The notes: generated by a model from the letters alone, not told the origin. DNA of 64,000 bases from Mobula hypostoma (GCF_963921235.1 NC_086108.1:69876001-69940000), one strand, 5' to 3'; counted from the stretch's first letter, positions 1-12,592 are shown. Made by a program: numbers and translations.

Positions 1-170
1 AGGTTTCATGGGTTATTTGGCATGATTTGGTAGGTTATTTTTGGGTCTGCGAACGCTCACAAATTTTTCCCATATAAATAAATGGTAATTGCTTCTTCGC
101 TTTACGACATTTCGGCTTACGAACCGTTTCATAGGAACGCTCTACCTTCGGATGGCGGGGGAAACCTGTA
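1..170. mobile_element. Right end of a pogo/Tigger-like (TcMar) DNA transposon or MITE, truncated by the window edge
   Basis: Ends ...GGGGGAAACCTG followed by TA; CpG-rich subterminal motifs (cgctttacgac, cggcttacgaac) resemble Tigger/MER2-type ends. The left end is outside the window. Confidence 0.55.
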
Positions 171-287
171 TCCACTTTTAGTTTATTTCAATGACATTTA
201 ATATCATCTTGAGCCTTTTCACCAGTTTTTATTTTGGTTCTGGCTCCCTCTCATGGCAGCTATATTACATTAATTCTTGGAGCTAAT

Positions 288-840
288 TTCAAAGTGTAAA
301 GTACATTTATTATCAAAGTACATGTGTGTTATCATATACAAAGATATTCATTTTTTTTATGGGCATACTCAGTAAATCCAAGAGCCATAATACAATCAAT
401 GAAAGACCAACCCAACAGGATGGACAGACAACCAAAGTGCAAGACAGCAAACTGCTAATGCAAGAGAAAATGAATGAATAAATAAATAAGCAATAAATAT
501 CGAGAACCCGAGATGAAGAGTCCTTGAAAGTGAATCCATAAGTTGTGGGAACATTTCAATCATGAGGCAAGAGAGGTCAGCTCCTTTGGTTCAAGAGCCT
601 GATGGTTGAGGGGTATTAACTGTTCCTGAACCTGGTGGTGGGGGTCTTTGATGATAGATGCTGCTTTCCTGTGACTATGCTCAATATAGATGTACTTAAT
701 GGTGCGGAGGGCTTTACCCATGATAAAATGGGCCTTGTCCATGACTTCTTGTAGGATTTTCTGTTCAAGGGCATTGGTGTTGCTATACCAGGCTGTTTTG
801 CAGCCAGTCAATATACTCTCCACCACACATCTATTGAATT
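288..840 (-). mobile_element. Rex1/Babar-like LINE 3' fragment
   Basis: ORF 560-826 (ESILTGCKTAWY...KAASIIKDPHH) matches the Rex1-type C-terminal domain; the same 3' tail occurs in the copy at 35564-37590. Confidence 0.75.
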
Positions 841-1111
841 TCTTCCTATAAAATTATGTTATCTTCCTTCAATTGAGTGTTGGTTTTGAAATCATTAACA
901 GGTCCCAGCTTGCTAATGATTTCAAAACTGATAGTCAAATTTTATCTCTTTTACAAAACCCTTAATTTTGAAGTGAATCTTAACATCTGAAATTCCTTTT
1001 GTTGCTCTCTTTCTTGAGCAACGAATGATTTAATATCCTTTTCCTTATCTGCTTGATCAGTAACTTTTTAAAATAATTTCCATGATGATATTCCCTTTTG
1101 TATTTTGACAG

Positions 1112-1175
1112 GATGTGTCTCAGTGCTTGATTATGATGAGCACTATATTCTCACTTTTCCAAATGGCTATGGAAG
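1112..1175 (+). CDS. OSBPL9: Oxysterol-binding protein-related protein 9, internal exon ([22 protein letters not shown])
   Basis: Acceptor ttttgacag at 1111; peptide matches the ORP9 ligand-binding domain; donor is AG/GCAAGT (GC donor); phase continuous with the next exon. Confidence 0.93.
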
Positions 1176-1314
1176 GCAAGTACTGGCTAATATAGTACCA
1201 CTTAAAATATGCTGTACATATTGTCCATCAGTATATATTAAGGGAATCATTATTTAATTTGAAAGCCAAGTTAAATGTTGTGCTTTTTGAAGATTTTCTA
1301 ATTTCTCTTGACAG

Positions 1315-1455
1315 GTCAATTCTAACGGTTCCATGGGTGGAACTAGGAGGCGAATGCAACATAACTTGTGCTAAAACAGGATACAATGCCAGCATTATAT
1401 TTCATACCAAACCCTTCTACGGAGGCAAGAAACACCGAGTAACTGCAGAAATCTT
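1315..1455 (+). CDS. OSBPL9: OSBPL9 exon ([46 protein letters not shown])
   Basis: AG at 1313-1314, GT at 1456; ORP9/10/11-type ORD sequence. Confidence 0.96.
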
Positions 1456-1536
1456 GTAGGTTTATATTAGATATCTTGTTATCATTGTTTATCAACAATA
1501 ACTTGAATGAAATTACCTATTAATTTGCTGTTTTAG

Positions 1537-1615
1537 TTCTCCACATGACAAGAAATCCTTTTGCTCAATTGAAGGGGAGTGGAATGGAGTGATGTATGCT
1601 AAATGGAGTACCGGG
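1537..1615 (+). CDS. OSBPL9: OSBPL9 exon ([27 protein letters not shown])
   Basis: ttttag acceptor and GTAAGT donor; the preceding intron is only 81 nt; frame continuous. Confidence 0.96.
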
Positions 1616-1940
1616 GTAAGTATTGTCTCTGGAAAAAGGTATAAATATCACTTTGCATGCAGTACTCTTTTTCTGATAGATAAATGAACATTCCAAGAGA
1701 AATTAAATTATTGCTTAGGTGCAAAATCTAGCAGATTAGACTTTGAATGAAGTTGTTTAAAGTGATTAACCTTTTTTTATAAATAAAATGAACTGTTTGA
1801 AATACTCAGTAGACAACACAGCATTTTGTGGAGTAGGAGTAAGGACATTAAAGGTTAACTGTGTGTCTCTGGACCTGCTCATCTATCATACAACCTGGGC
1901 ACAGACATTTCAGCCCTTAACCAACCAGTACACATCTCAT

Positions 1941-2022
1941 ACACGAGGAAATCTGCAGATGCTGGAATTTCAAGCAACACACATAAAAGTTGCTGGTGAA
2001 CGCAGCAGGCCAGGCAGCATCT
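1941..2022. mobile_element. Short Penelope-like pLTR fragment
   Basis: Same sequence as copies at 3592, 20431, 31251, 32591 and 47313; flanked by CATCTCAT (1933-1940 / 2018-2025, partly overlapping the element end). Confidence 0.75.
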
Positions 2023-2023
2023 C

Positions 2024-3960
2024 ATGATTGTTTAATGTCATTTTCTATATACAAGTGTAAGGAGTACGAAATAATTGTTATTCTGGATCCGATGCAGCAC
2101 AAAAAAAAACACAAAAGATAATGAACACAACAATAATGAAACACACAATAAATATAAATACATAAGATAACTTGTATACATTGATTGTATGAGGCTAGGC
2201 TATACATAGATGGCTAATGGGAAGTAAAGTCGTGGTGGAGGTGCTGATCATCCCTACTGCTGGGGAAAGTAATTTTATTTTTGAGTGCAGTGGTCCTGGC
2301 GTGAATGCTATATAGCCTCCTCCCTGATGGAGGTGAGGCAGTCCATGAGCAGGGTGTGTGGGATTACTGGCACTTTGCCGACATCTTTCTGTATATAAAA
2401 AGTTTCAAAGGTACAATTTAATGTTAGAGAAATGTATACAATATACATCCTGAAATTATTTTTCTTAGCAACCATCCACAAAAACAAAGGAGTGCCCCAA
2501 AGAATGAACAACAGTTAAATGTTAAGAACCCCAAAGTCCCTTCCAGTGTGTAAGCAGCAGCGAGCAACAATCCCCCCTTCCCCCACCCGCAAAAACAACT
2601 GCAATAGCACTGCCACTGAGCACTCAAGCGTGAGCAAAGCAACAGCAAAGACACAGACTTGCAGTTACCCCAAAGAGTTTGTGTTTCACAGGGTATTCGA
2701 CATACCACACGTTCTTTCTTTCACTGATAAGGGAGAAAGAGGTGTCTCCATTTTCCTAGCGAGCAGGGAGACATAACAAACAACGCGCTGGTTTATGATG
2801 TTAAAAGTCCGTTACGTCACTTTTTTCGAGCTCTGTGCCTGAAGATCACAAAGATCCCGGGTCTCCAGGCACACAGTCCTGGATATTTCGGCTCCCCTGA
2901 ATACACAGGGGTCTCCTGCCGTGACACCGACCCTCGATCCACCCATCTCCAGAGCCCCGAGATCCTAATCTTCCGAATCTGAGCCAGACTCTTAGGCCAA
3001 GCCTTTGGTGAGGTAACAACGGCCAGTTTTAGAACCCTGACAGCGGGTCCTATTCCTGCAAAGAACTGTAGTCAGCGTTCAACTCCAGGTCAGGGTCTTC
3101 AAAAGAACCCTGAAAGGGAAAAATAAGAGATATAAAGATGGAAATTAGAGCTGTTTCTGAAGATGCAAGCAAAGGAATGACCGTTAACCCTCCTAAGCAC
3201 CGCCTTCAGTTATGTGGCCTTTTTTGGCAGGTAGGCTGGTGCTGGTGATGTGTCGGTCAGTTTTGACTACCGGTTGTAGAGCCTTCTTGTCCACCGCGGT
3301 GCAGTCTCCGTATTGTGCAGTGATGCAGCTTGTCAGGATACTCTCTACTGCACATCTGTAGAATGAGGCATGTATGAAATTGCAAAGTCCAGCTCCCTTC
3401 AGCCTCAGAAAGTAGAGGTGTTGGTGAGCTTTCTTGACTGTGTCGGATATTTTCTGGACTATGAGAGGTTGTCTATGATGTGCACTCTCAGGAGTTTAAT
3501 AAAGCTTGCAGTTTCTACTGCTATGCTGTTGATGTAAAGAGAGGGGTGAGTGCTATGAGTTCTCCTGAATTTGATAACCATCTCCTTCCTTAAAAACACA
3601 AACACGAGGAAACCTGCAGATGCTGGAAATTCAAGCAACACACACAAAATGCTGGTGGAACGCAGCAGGTCAGACAGCATCCATAGGAAGAAGCACAGTC
3701 GACATTTTGGGCCGAGACCCTTCGTCAGGACTCCTGCCTTTGTTTTGTTGACATTAAGGAAGAGGTTACTTGCCTGGCTCCAGGAGTTGAGCTCTTCCAC
3801 CTCCTCGCTGGAGGCATTCTCATCGTTGCTGGTGATGAGCCCCACCACTATCGTGTTATTGGTAAACTCCATCATGTGATTGACCTTGCAGTCGTGCATT
3901 CACAGAGCGTACAGCAGTGGGCTCAGCACACAGCCCAAGGGGACACCTGTTGAGGATGAC
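2024..3960 (-). mobile_element. Degenerate Rex1/Babar-like LINE interrupted by another repeat (~2398-3190) and by a pLTR insert
   Basis: Translation FTNNTIVVGLITSNDENASSEEVEELNSWSQASNLFLNVNKTK...EMVIKFRR is the Rex1 RT C-terminal region (degenerate FADDTT). Boundaries are approximate. Confidence 0.65.
3592..3732 (-). mobile_element. Penelope-like pLTR insert with a mutated hammerhead motif
   Basis: Imperfect TSD CTCCTTCCTT (3582-3591) / CTCCTGCCTT (3731-3740); minus strand reads agtcCTGACGAagggtctcggcccAAAAtgtcgactg, with GAAA changed to AAAA. Confidence 0.8.
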
Positions 3961-4741
3961 CTTTTTACACTAGTCCTACACTAGCTGTATTTTATTTTCC
4001 CGTCTTTCCATTCAACTCCCCCTCACATTCTATCACGACATCTACACAGCTGGGGTACTTTACAATTGCCAATTTACCTGCACCATGACCTCGGGATTGG
4101 GGAGGAAACTGCAGCACTTGGGGAAAGCCCCCAGGGAAAACATGCAAACTCCACACAGGCAACACTGGAGGCATTAACTGAACCCAGGTCATCGTAACGA
4201 TAACAACCATAATGATCAGTGCTGCCTAACCTGCTGAGTTCCTCCAGCATTTTGTGTGCACTGCCTTGGATTTCCAACATCTCAATCATTGGAACTGTAA
4301 GCCAGCTTTATGCTACCCAGCTGAGTATTTCATGAACTTTGTCTTCATTTCAGATTCTCAGCTTTTTTATTATTTTAATTCATGCTACTTTTTCATTTCC
4401 AAAAAAAAACCTGGTGGTATGGAAGATTACAGTGATAGTCCTTTTGATTTCATGAGATAATTAGGCAATTTAATTATATTAACATCACTGGATGCCAATA
4501 AAATACTTATTATACAGGAATTGTTGAGGAGATGATGAGAAATTTATAAATTACAATATAAGCCTTGATAGGTGCTCCCATCTAAGACAAGTTGAGAAGG
4601 GTTTAAAGTTCAATATTAAATTCACAGAAATGATGCTTTGAATATATACATTTTAATTTATATAATCCAATAATCAAGATTATGCGCTTTAAAAATGTCT
4701 CAATAACTAAGCTAATAAGAGCTATTATGTTTCTAATGAAG

Positions 4742-4833
4742 GAAAGCAGCATATTTGTGGATACAAAGAAAATGCCCATTATCAAAAAGAAAGTAAGAAA
4801 ATTGGAAGATCAAGATGACTTTGAATCCAGAAG
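4742..4833 (+). CDS. OSBPL9: OSBPL9 exon ([30 protein letters not shown])
   Basis: AAG acceptor at 4739-4741, GTAATG donor at 4834; frame continuous. Confidence 0.93.
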
Positions 4834-5185
4834 GTAATGAGGATCTTCGTATTGAGACTGAATGATTACTTATGAGATGGAAGAGAGTGATATTCTACTT
4901 TTTAATCACAATATTGTAAATCTATTAGGCTATGTAGAAGGTTCATAGTATTTGCTGACCACAAAGATATTTTTAGTTTTCATTATTAAAATACTTTTCC
5001 ATATCCTTTTAAATGGCTCGGAATGATTTTGTTTTTAAGAAGTGCCTAATGTGTATTTTTTTTAAATTTAATATGCACCTTTATATTAAACTACCTCTAA
5101 CACCACAATAGGCATTCCATTATATTTTGTTATATTCTTTACAATCTACTAACTGGAAATTTATATCAATGGGAGTGTAACAGTT

Positions 5186-6728
5186 ATAGAAACATAGAAA
5201 ATAGGTGCAGGAGTAGGCCATTCGGCCCTTCGAGCCTGCACCGCCATTTATTATGATCATGGCTGATCATCCAACTCAGAACCCAGCCTTCCCTCCATAC
5301 CCCCTGACCCCTGTAGCCACAAGGGCCATATCTAACTCCCTCTTAAACATAGCCAATGAACTGGCCACAACAGTTTGCTGTGGCAGAGAATTCCACAGAT
5401 TCACCACTCTCTGTGTGAAGAAGTTTTTCCTAATCTCGGTCCGAAAAGGCTTCCCCTCTATCCTCAAACTGTGACCCCTCGTTCTGGACCTCCCCAACAT
5501 CGGGAACAATCTTCCCGCATCCAGCCTGTCCAATCCCTTTAGGATCTTATACGTTTCAATCAGATCCCCCCTCAATCTTCTAAATTCCAACGAGAACAAG
5601 CCCAGTTCATCCAGTCTTTCTTCATATGAAAGACCTGCCATCCCAGGAATCAATCTGGTGAACCTTCTTTGTACTCCCTCTATGGCAAAGATGTCTTTCC
5701 TCAGATTAGGGGACCAAAACTGCACACAATACTCCAGGTGTGGTCTCACCAAGGCCTTGTACAACTGCAGTAGTACCTCCCTGCTCCTGTACTCGAATCC
5801 TCTCGCTATAAATGCCAGCATACCGTTCGCCTTTTTCACCGCCTGCTGTACCTGCATGCCCACTTTCAATGACTGGTGTATAATGACACCCAGGTCCCGT
5901 TGCACCTCCCCTTTTCCTAATCGGCCACCATTCAGATAATAATCTGTTTTCCTATTTTTGCCACCAAAGTGGATAACTTCACATTTATCCACATTAAATT
6001 GCATCTGCCATGAGTTTGCCCACTCACCCAACCTATCCAAGTCACCCTGCATCCTCTTAGCATCCTCTTCACTGCTAACACTGCCACCCAGCTTCGTGTC
6101 ATCCGCAAACTTGGAGATGCTGCATTTAATTCCCTCATCCAAGTCATTAATATATATTGTAAACAACTGGGGTCCCAGCACTGAGCCTTGTGGTACCCCA
6201 CTAGTCACCGCCTGCCATTCTGAAAAGGTCCCGTTTATTCCCACTCTTTGCTTCCTGTCTGCTAACCAATTCTCCACCCACACCAATACCTTACCCCCAA
6301 TACCGTGTGCTTTAAGTTTGCACACTAATCTCCTGTGTGGGACCTTGTCAAAAGCCTTTTGAAAATCCAAATATACCACATCCACTGGTTCTCCCCTATC
6401 CACTCTACTAGTTACATCCTCAAAAAATTCTATGAGATTCGTCAGACATGATTTTCCTTTCACAAATCCATGCTGACTTTGTCCGATCATTTCACCGCTT
6501 TCCAAATGTGCTGTTATCACATCCTTGATAACTGACTCCAGCAGTTTCCCCACCACCGACGTTAGGCTAACCGGCCTATAATTCCCCGGTTTCTCTCTCC
6601 CTCCTTTTTTAAAAAGTGGGGTTACATTAGCCACCCTCCAATCCTCAGGAACTAGTCCAGAATCTAACGAGTTTTGAAAAATTATCACTAATGCATCCAC
6701 TATTTCTTGGGCTACTTCCTTAAGCACA
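5186..6728 (-). mobile_element. Young 5'-truncated CR1 LINE with an uninterrupted RT-containing ORF2 part
   Basis: ORF 5276-6811 contains NYRPVSLTS, YLDFQKAFDKV, GVPQGSVLGP and KFADDTK; 8-bp microsatellite tail (ATAGAAAC)n; homology to the second copy ends at 6728. Confidence 0.95.
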
Positions 6729-7189
6729 TAGTTAACGATGTGGCATACAGAAATGCCAAACCCCCTCCAATTGTTTTCATATAATGCTTCTAAATGTAGA
6801 ACAATAAGCAAGAGAATTCAGCTATTCTTTTACTTAATTATTTCTGAGATATTACTTATCAGTATAGGCACTAAGTGTTAGGTACTTGAAACTCAGATAA
6901 GGTACATTTCCTAATAGTTTTTTTTTGTTAAATATTTACCTGTTTGTGATTATTTTCTGTCCTCCTTTGTAGATCTCCAAATGTTTCCAGTTTTCCTAAT
7001 AATGCAGCTGAATTTTAACTTTACTAAATTTTAGGCTAGTGCCTCTAAATTATCATGCACATCGTTTGTAAACCAGAAATGTAAGTTTAATGTGAATTAT
7101 TAGATGTGTAAGAATGTTATTCCTTTTTGAGTGGATTGTGACTGTCTTGCAAATTTAAATAGCCACGAGCCTGCATCATCAGTAGGATG

Positions 7190-8270
7190 GCTGCCATTTT
7201 TGGTACCTTCAGCACAAATTGAAGATGATGCTCAAAGATGCTCTATTTGTCTGTGGCTTATAACCCCAATGCGTTCACATCCCTCATCTGGATTCGGTTT
7301 GGACTTGTCCAGCCACTGGAAGCTGCATCACAGACATGACAACTATTGTCGAAAAGTGAAACTAAATGACATATCCACTCAACAGCATAACTGAGAATTA
7401 AACTAGTCCTTCTGTAGCCTTTCTGCTTCTTCAAAACTACTTGCAAACCTAGCCACAAAGTCATCAATTCCATCATTCAAATCACTGACATATAACATAA
7501 AAAGAAGTGGTCCCAACACACAGCCCTGTGGAACACTAGTCACCAGCAGCCAAACAGTAAAGGCTCCCTTTACTCCCACTCTTTGCCTCCTGCCAATCAG
7601 CCAGTGCTAGTGTCTTTCCTGTAATTCCATGGGCTAACTGTTAAGCAGCCTCATGTATGGCACTTTGTTAAAGGCCTTCTGAAAATTCAAGTACACAACA
7701 TCCACCAATTCTCTTTTGTCTATCCTGCTTGTTATTTCTTCAAAGAATTCCAACAGATTTGTCAGACAAGATTTCTCTTAAAGGAAACCATGCTGACTAA
7801 GGCCTATTTTATCACGTGCCCCTTAAGTATCCAAAAACCATATCTTTAACAAAAGACTCCAACATCCTTCCAACCACTGAGGTCAGACTAACTTGCCTAT
7901 AATTTTCTTTCTTCTGCCTCCCTCCTTTATTGAAGAATGGAGTGACATTTACAATTTTCCAGTCCTCCAGAACCATGCCAGAATCCACTGATTCTTGAAC
8001 TTCAGCCACCCCTTTCAGAACTCTGGGGTGTAGACCATTTCATCCAGTTGACTTATCTACCTTCAGCCCTTTCAGTTCCCCAAGCACCTTCTCCCTAGTA
8101 ATGGCAACTTCATTCACTACTAACACTTCAAACTTCTGGCATATTGCTAGTATCTTCTACGGTGAAGACTAATGTTAAATACTTATTCAGTTTGTCTTCT
8201 GCTATTTCCTTGTCACCTATTACTACCTTGCCAACATCACTTTCCAGCAGTCCAATAGCTACTCATCTCT
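7190..8270 (-). mobile_element. Old CR1 ORF2 fragments
   Basis: ORF 7812-8009 (EDWKIVNVTPFFNKGGRQKKENYRQVSLTSVVG) plus frameshifted RT pieces. Confidence 0.8.
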
Positions 8271-8304
8271 TTTACACTTTATATATCTGAAGAAATTTTT
8301 GATA

Positions 8305-8485
8305 AAAGGAGGCTTTTTCATTCACAGAACTGCCACTGTCTGTTTTTTGTTTCTTGCACCATTCTCTGTAAATGCTGGAGACTGTTCTGTGTGAAAAGCT
8401 GAGATTAGCATTTGAGATGCTCAAACTAACTTTTTTGGCACCAACAATCATTCCACAGTCAAAAGTCACTTAGATCACATTTCAC
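8305..8485 (-). mobile_element. Tc1-type transposase N-terminal (HTH) remnant
   Basis: ORF 8272-8469 DCGMIVGAKKVSLSIS...FSHRTVSSIYREWCKKQK resembles the Tc1 HTH region (GMIVGARRAGLSIS..VSRVYREW). Confidence 0.6.
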
Positions 8486-8619
8486 TCTCCTTTTAACACT
8501 CGCTCCCCAGTGAAAACACCTATAATATTAGTACAAATTGTTTCCATCTATTGTAAACTGATGGCTAGAAATTTTGATATGTGTCAAAAAACATGGATTC
8601 TATTTGTGGTTTTCTACAG

Positions 8620-8755
8620 ACTTTGGAAGGACGTAACATATAACTTAAAAATAAAGGATATTGATGCTGCCACAGAGGCAAAACACAGACTCGAAGAAAG
8701 ACAAAGAGCTGAAGCAAGGGAGAGAAAAGAGAATGAAGTTCAATGGGAGACACGG
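8620..8755 (+). CDS. OSBPL9: OSBPL9 penultimate coding exon ([45 protein letters not shown])
   Basis: tttctacag acceptor and GTATGA donor; OSBP-family K..LEE.QR motif. Confidence 0.96.
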
Positions 8756-9128
8756 GTATGAAAGCACACATTTCTCTTTCCAGATTTAACTACTTCTGCA
8801 CCATACAATAATGTTATTATTTATAGTGCAAATGAAAATCTGTTAGTGAAAGCCAAAAAAAACTGTAATGCTGTTTGTGACCCCACAGGAGCTGACAGTG
8901 CAATTAAATTTTCTGGTAGAGGAGAAAGTAGCCTAACCAGTATTGAGAGAAGCGAAGGTGAAAAATTGCAAATTTCTGGCGGTTCTGGGACAAATCAGGT
9001 GGCACCGGAAGCCTAAGGCTCAAATGGTACCCTACACTTAAACTGGGTAGTGAAACCAGTCAAAGCAATACCAGTGGTGGGCAAACTTCTACAAACAACA
9101 ATCGAAGTAAAACTAGCAGGGGTATATA

Positions 9129-10754
9129 CAGTTGAAGTCAGTTGTTTACATACACCTTAGCCAAATACATTTCAACTCAGTTTTTCACAATTCCTGACAT
9201 TTAATCCTAGAAAACATTCCCTGTCTTAGTTCAGTTAGGATCACTGTTTTATGAATGCGAAATGTCAGAATAGTAGTAGAGAGAATGATTTATTTCAGCT
9301 TTTATTTCTTTCATCACTTTCCCAGTGGGTCAGAAGTTTACATACACTTTGTTTGTATTTGATAGCATTGCCTTTAAATTGTTTAATTTGGGTCAAATGT
9401 TTTGGATAGCCTTCCACAAGCTTCTCACAGTAGGTTGCTGGAATTTTATTCCATTCCTCCAGACAGAACTGGTGTAACTGAGTCAGGTTTGTAGGCCTGC
9501 TTGCTTGCACACGCTTTTTCAGTTCTGACCACAAATTTTCTATTGGATTGAGGTCAGAAAATGATGTCAAATCTGGTTCAACCTTGGGAGCAATTTCCAA
9601 ACGCCTGAAGGTACCACGTTCATCTGTACAATCAATAATACGCAAGTATAAACACCATGGGACTATGCAGCCGTCATACCGCTCAGGAAGGAGACGCATT
9701 CTGTCTCCTAGAGATGAACATACTTTGGCGCGAAAAGTGCAAATCAATCCCAGAACAACAGCAAAGAACCTTGTGAAGATGCTGGAAGAAACAGGTAGAC
9801 AAGTATCTATATTCTCAGTAAAACGAGTCCTATATCGACATAACCTGAAAGGCTGCTCAGCAAAGAAGCCACAGTTCCAAAACCACCATAAAAAAGCCAG
9901 ACTACAGTTTGCAAGTGCACATGGGGACAAAGATCTTACTTTTTGGAGAAGTGTCCTCTGGTCTGATGAAACAAAAATTGAACTGTTTGGCCATAATGAC
10001 CATCGTTATGTTTGGAGGAAAAAGGGTGAGGCTTGCAAGCCAAGGAACAACATCCCAACCGTGAAGTTTGGGGGTGGCAGCATCATGTTGTGGAGGTGAT
10101 TTGCTGCAGGAGGGACTGGTGCACTTCACAAAATAGATGGCATCATGAGGAAGGAAAATTATGTGGATGTATTGAAGCAACATCTCAAGACATCAGGCAG
10201 GAAGTTAAAACTCGGTCGCAAATGGATCTTCCAAATGGACAATGACCCCAAGCATACCTCCAAAGTTGTGGAAAAATTGCTTAAGGGCAACAAAGTCAAG
10301 GTATTGGAGTGGCCATCACAAAGCCCTGACCTCAATTCGATAGAAAATTTGTGGGCAGAGCTGAAAAAGCGTGTGCGAGCAAGGAGGCCTACAAACCTGA
10401 CTCAGTTACATCAGTTCTGTCTGGAGGAATGGAACAAAATTCCAGCAATTTACTATGAGAAGCTTGTGGAAGGCTACCCAAAACGTTTGACCCAAGTTAA
10501 ACAATTTAAAGGCAATGCTACCAAATACTAACAAAGTGTGTGTAAACTTCTGACCCACTGGGAAAGTGCTGAATGAAATAAAAGCTGAAATAAATCATTC
10601 TCTCTACTATTAATCTGACATTCCACATTCTTAAAATAGTGATCCTAATTGACCTAAGACAGGAAATGTTTTCTAGGATTAAATGTCAGGAATTGTGAAA
10701 AACTGAGCTTAAAAGTATTTGTCTGAGGTGTATGTAAACTTCTGGCTTCAACTG
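9129..10754 (+). mobile_element. Sleeping-Beauty/Tss1-type Tc1 transposon, rearranged, with ~429 bp inverted ends
   Basis: TA-flanked termini CAGTTGAAGTC.../...GGCTTCAACTG. Transposase runs from KSGSTLGAISKRLKVPRSSVQ to FKGNATKY (about 9569-10531) in one frame, with one TGA at 10097-10099; DD34E residues (WSDE, MDND, IEN) are present. Confidence 0.95.
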
Positions 10755-10819
10755 TAAATACAAAAGGAGAAAGCTGCAAGATGGGTGAACACTTCAGGTC
10801 AATGAACCATACAGCAGAG

Positions 10820-11600
10820 AAGTCAGAATCAGGTTTCATATCACCAGCATATGTCATGAAATTTGTTAACTTTTTGGTAGCAGTACAATGCAATACTTGA
10901 TATAGAGGGGCAAAAACTGTCACAGTAAATAGTTAAATTAGTGCAAAAAAAAAGTAGTGAGGAGGTGTTCGTGGGTTCAATGTCCATTCAGATATCAGAC
11001 GGCTGAGGGGAAGAAGCTGTTCTTGAATTGTTAAGTGTGCCTTTAGGCTTCTGTACTTCCTTCTTGATGGTAACAATGACAAGAGGGCATGTTCTGGGTT
11101 GTTGGGGGTCTCTAATAATGGACGCCACCATTTTGGGGACTATTCCCTAAAGATGTCATGGATACTAGTACCAATGATTGAGCTGACTAATTTTACAACT
11201 CTGCAGCTTACTTCAATCCTGTGCAGAAGCTGTGTTCTCCACCCCCCACCCCCCGTATACCAGATGGTGATGCAGCCAGTTAGAATGCTGTCTATGGTAC
11301 AACTGTAGAAATTGAGTGTTTTAGGTGACACACCAAATTTCCTCAAACTCCTAATGAAATATAGCCACCTCAATGTGCTGGGGTCCAGGTTTGATCCTCA
11401 GAGATATTGACACCCAGGATCTTGAACTTACTCACTCTACTTCTGATTCCTCTATGATGACTGGTGTGTTTCCAAAGTCCACAATCGGCTGTCTTTAATA
11501 CTGTTGAGTGCAGGGTTGTTGCTGCGACTCTTCTCACCCAGCTGGTATATCTCACTCCTGCATGCTGTATTGTCACCATCTGAGATTCTTCCAGCAATGG
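10820..11600 (-). mobile_element. Rex1/Babar-like LINE 3' fragment
   Basis: ORF 11140-11373 (LYFIRSLRKFGVSPKTLNFYSCTIDSILTGCITIWY) and FKILGVNISED. Confidence 0.8.
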
Positions 11601-12517
11601 AAATAGGCCCTTTTGCCCAATTGGTTGGTGTAGTTAGGAATGAATTGTTTTAAATTGCTGAGGAAAGATAGGAGTGGAAAGAAAATGAAGCAAGATCTTT
11701 GATAGGCTGGAGACCAAGACAGACTGCATGATAGTAATGGTAATAGTATGTAGCTTTTAGCTGGTTGGAAAAAAAGGTATGGTTGAGTGAAATCTGAAAT
11801 ATCTGAAAGGGGTGGTTGGGGAGGAAATTGAATGCTGGAACTGAGAAACAAAACTAGGATGTCTAATGATTGTAATCTATTGCAATCTGATCAGGTTTAA
11901 GCTTTGTGGGAATACAGTTAGAACCCAAAGGCATAGATTAAGCTGAGAGTGAGATGGACAGTTATAGAGGCTAGCGATTTAACCTCAAGGTCACCCTTGC
12001 AGACAGAGTGGGAGTGTTTTATAAAGCAGTTACCTAGACCAATGGAAAGGAAGCTATTTTAACTATATTTGGCACCATATGCATTTAGTTTGCTATGTCG
12101 CAGTTGTAGGAAGATAACAGCACAGAAACACCATAAAAGAATCAAATACCCGTTCAGTATTTTTCATTACACCTGTGCATATGGCAATAGACTCTAATCA
12201 TTAATCTCTCTCGATTCTACCCCTTCACCTGTGCAGTAGGGGTGATTTACAGCAGATGATTAACCTTATAACAAGCATGTTTTTGAAATGTGGGAGGAAA
12301 ACAGTACTGGGGTATTATCCATAAAGTACTATGTGGAGTATGCACAAGCTGCGCACTGGAAGTTGGATCTCAAATCTGGTCAGTGGAGCCGTGAGGCAGC
12401 TCTACTGGTTGTACCTCTGTTCCACCCTTTACCAACTAGCTTTCCTTTGTGTTCATTTATTTAATGTAGTTTGCTTGACGCAAGGTTCGAAATGACCTTT
12501 GATCTCTTTCCTTTTAG

Positions 12518-12592
12518 GTGTTCCATGAAGATGGCGAATGTTGGATATATGATTATCCACTGCTAAAGAGGTTGGGTGGCAATAAATATTAG
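12518..12592 (+). CDS. OSBPL9: OSBPL9 last coding exon (VFHEDGECWIYDYPLLKRLGGNKY*)
   Basis: ctctttccttttag acceptor; C-terminus matches ORP9 (FHEDGECW.YD.PLLKRLG); TAG at 12590-12592. Confidence 0.96.
   Translation: MFHEDGECWIYDYPLLKRLGGNKY

Noticed and set aside
5658..6362. Plus-strand ORFs repeated at 16799-17503
   Set aside because: Antisense shadow frames of CR1 ORF2.
9295..9930. 211-aa minus-strand ORF ending in the transposase C-terminus
   Set aside because: By-product of the inverted duplication: antisense transposase sequence fused to the duplicated C-terminus, with no evidence of expression.
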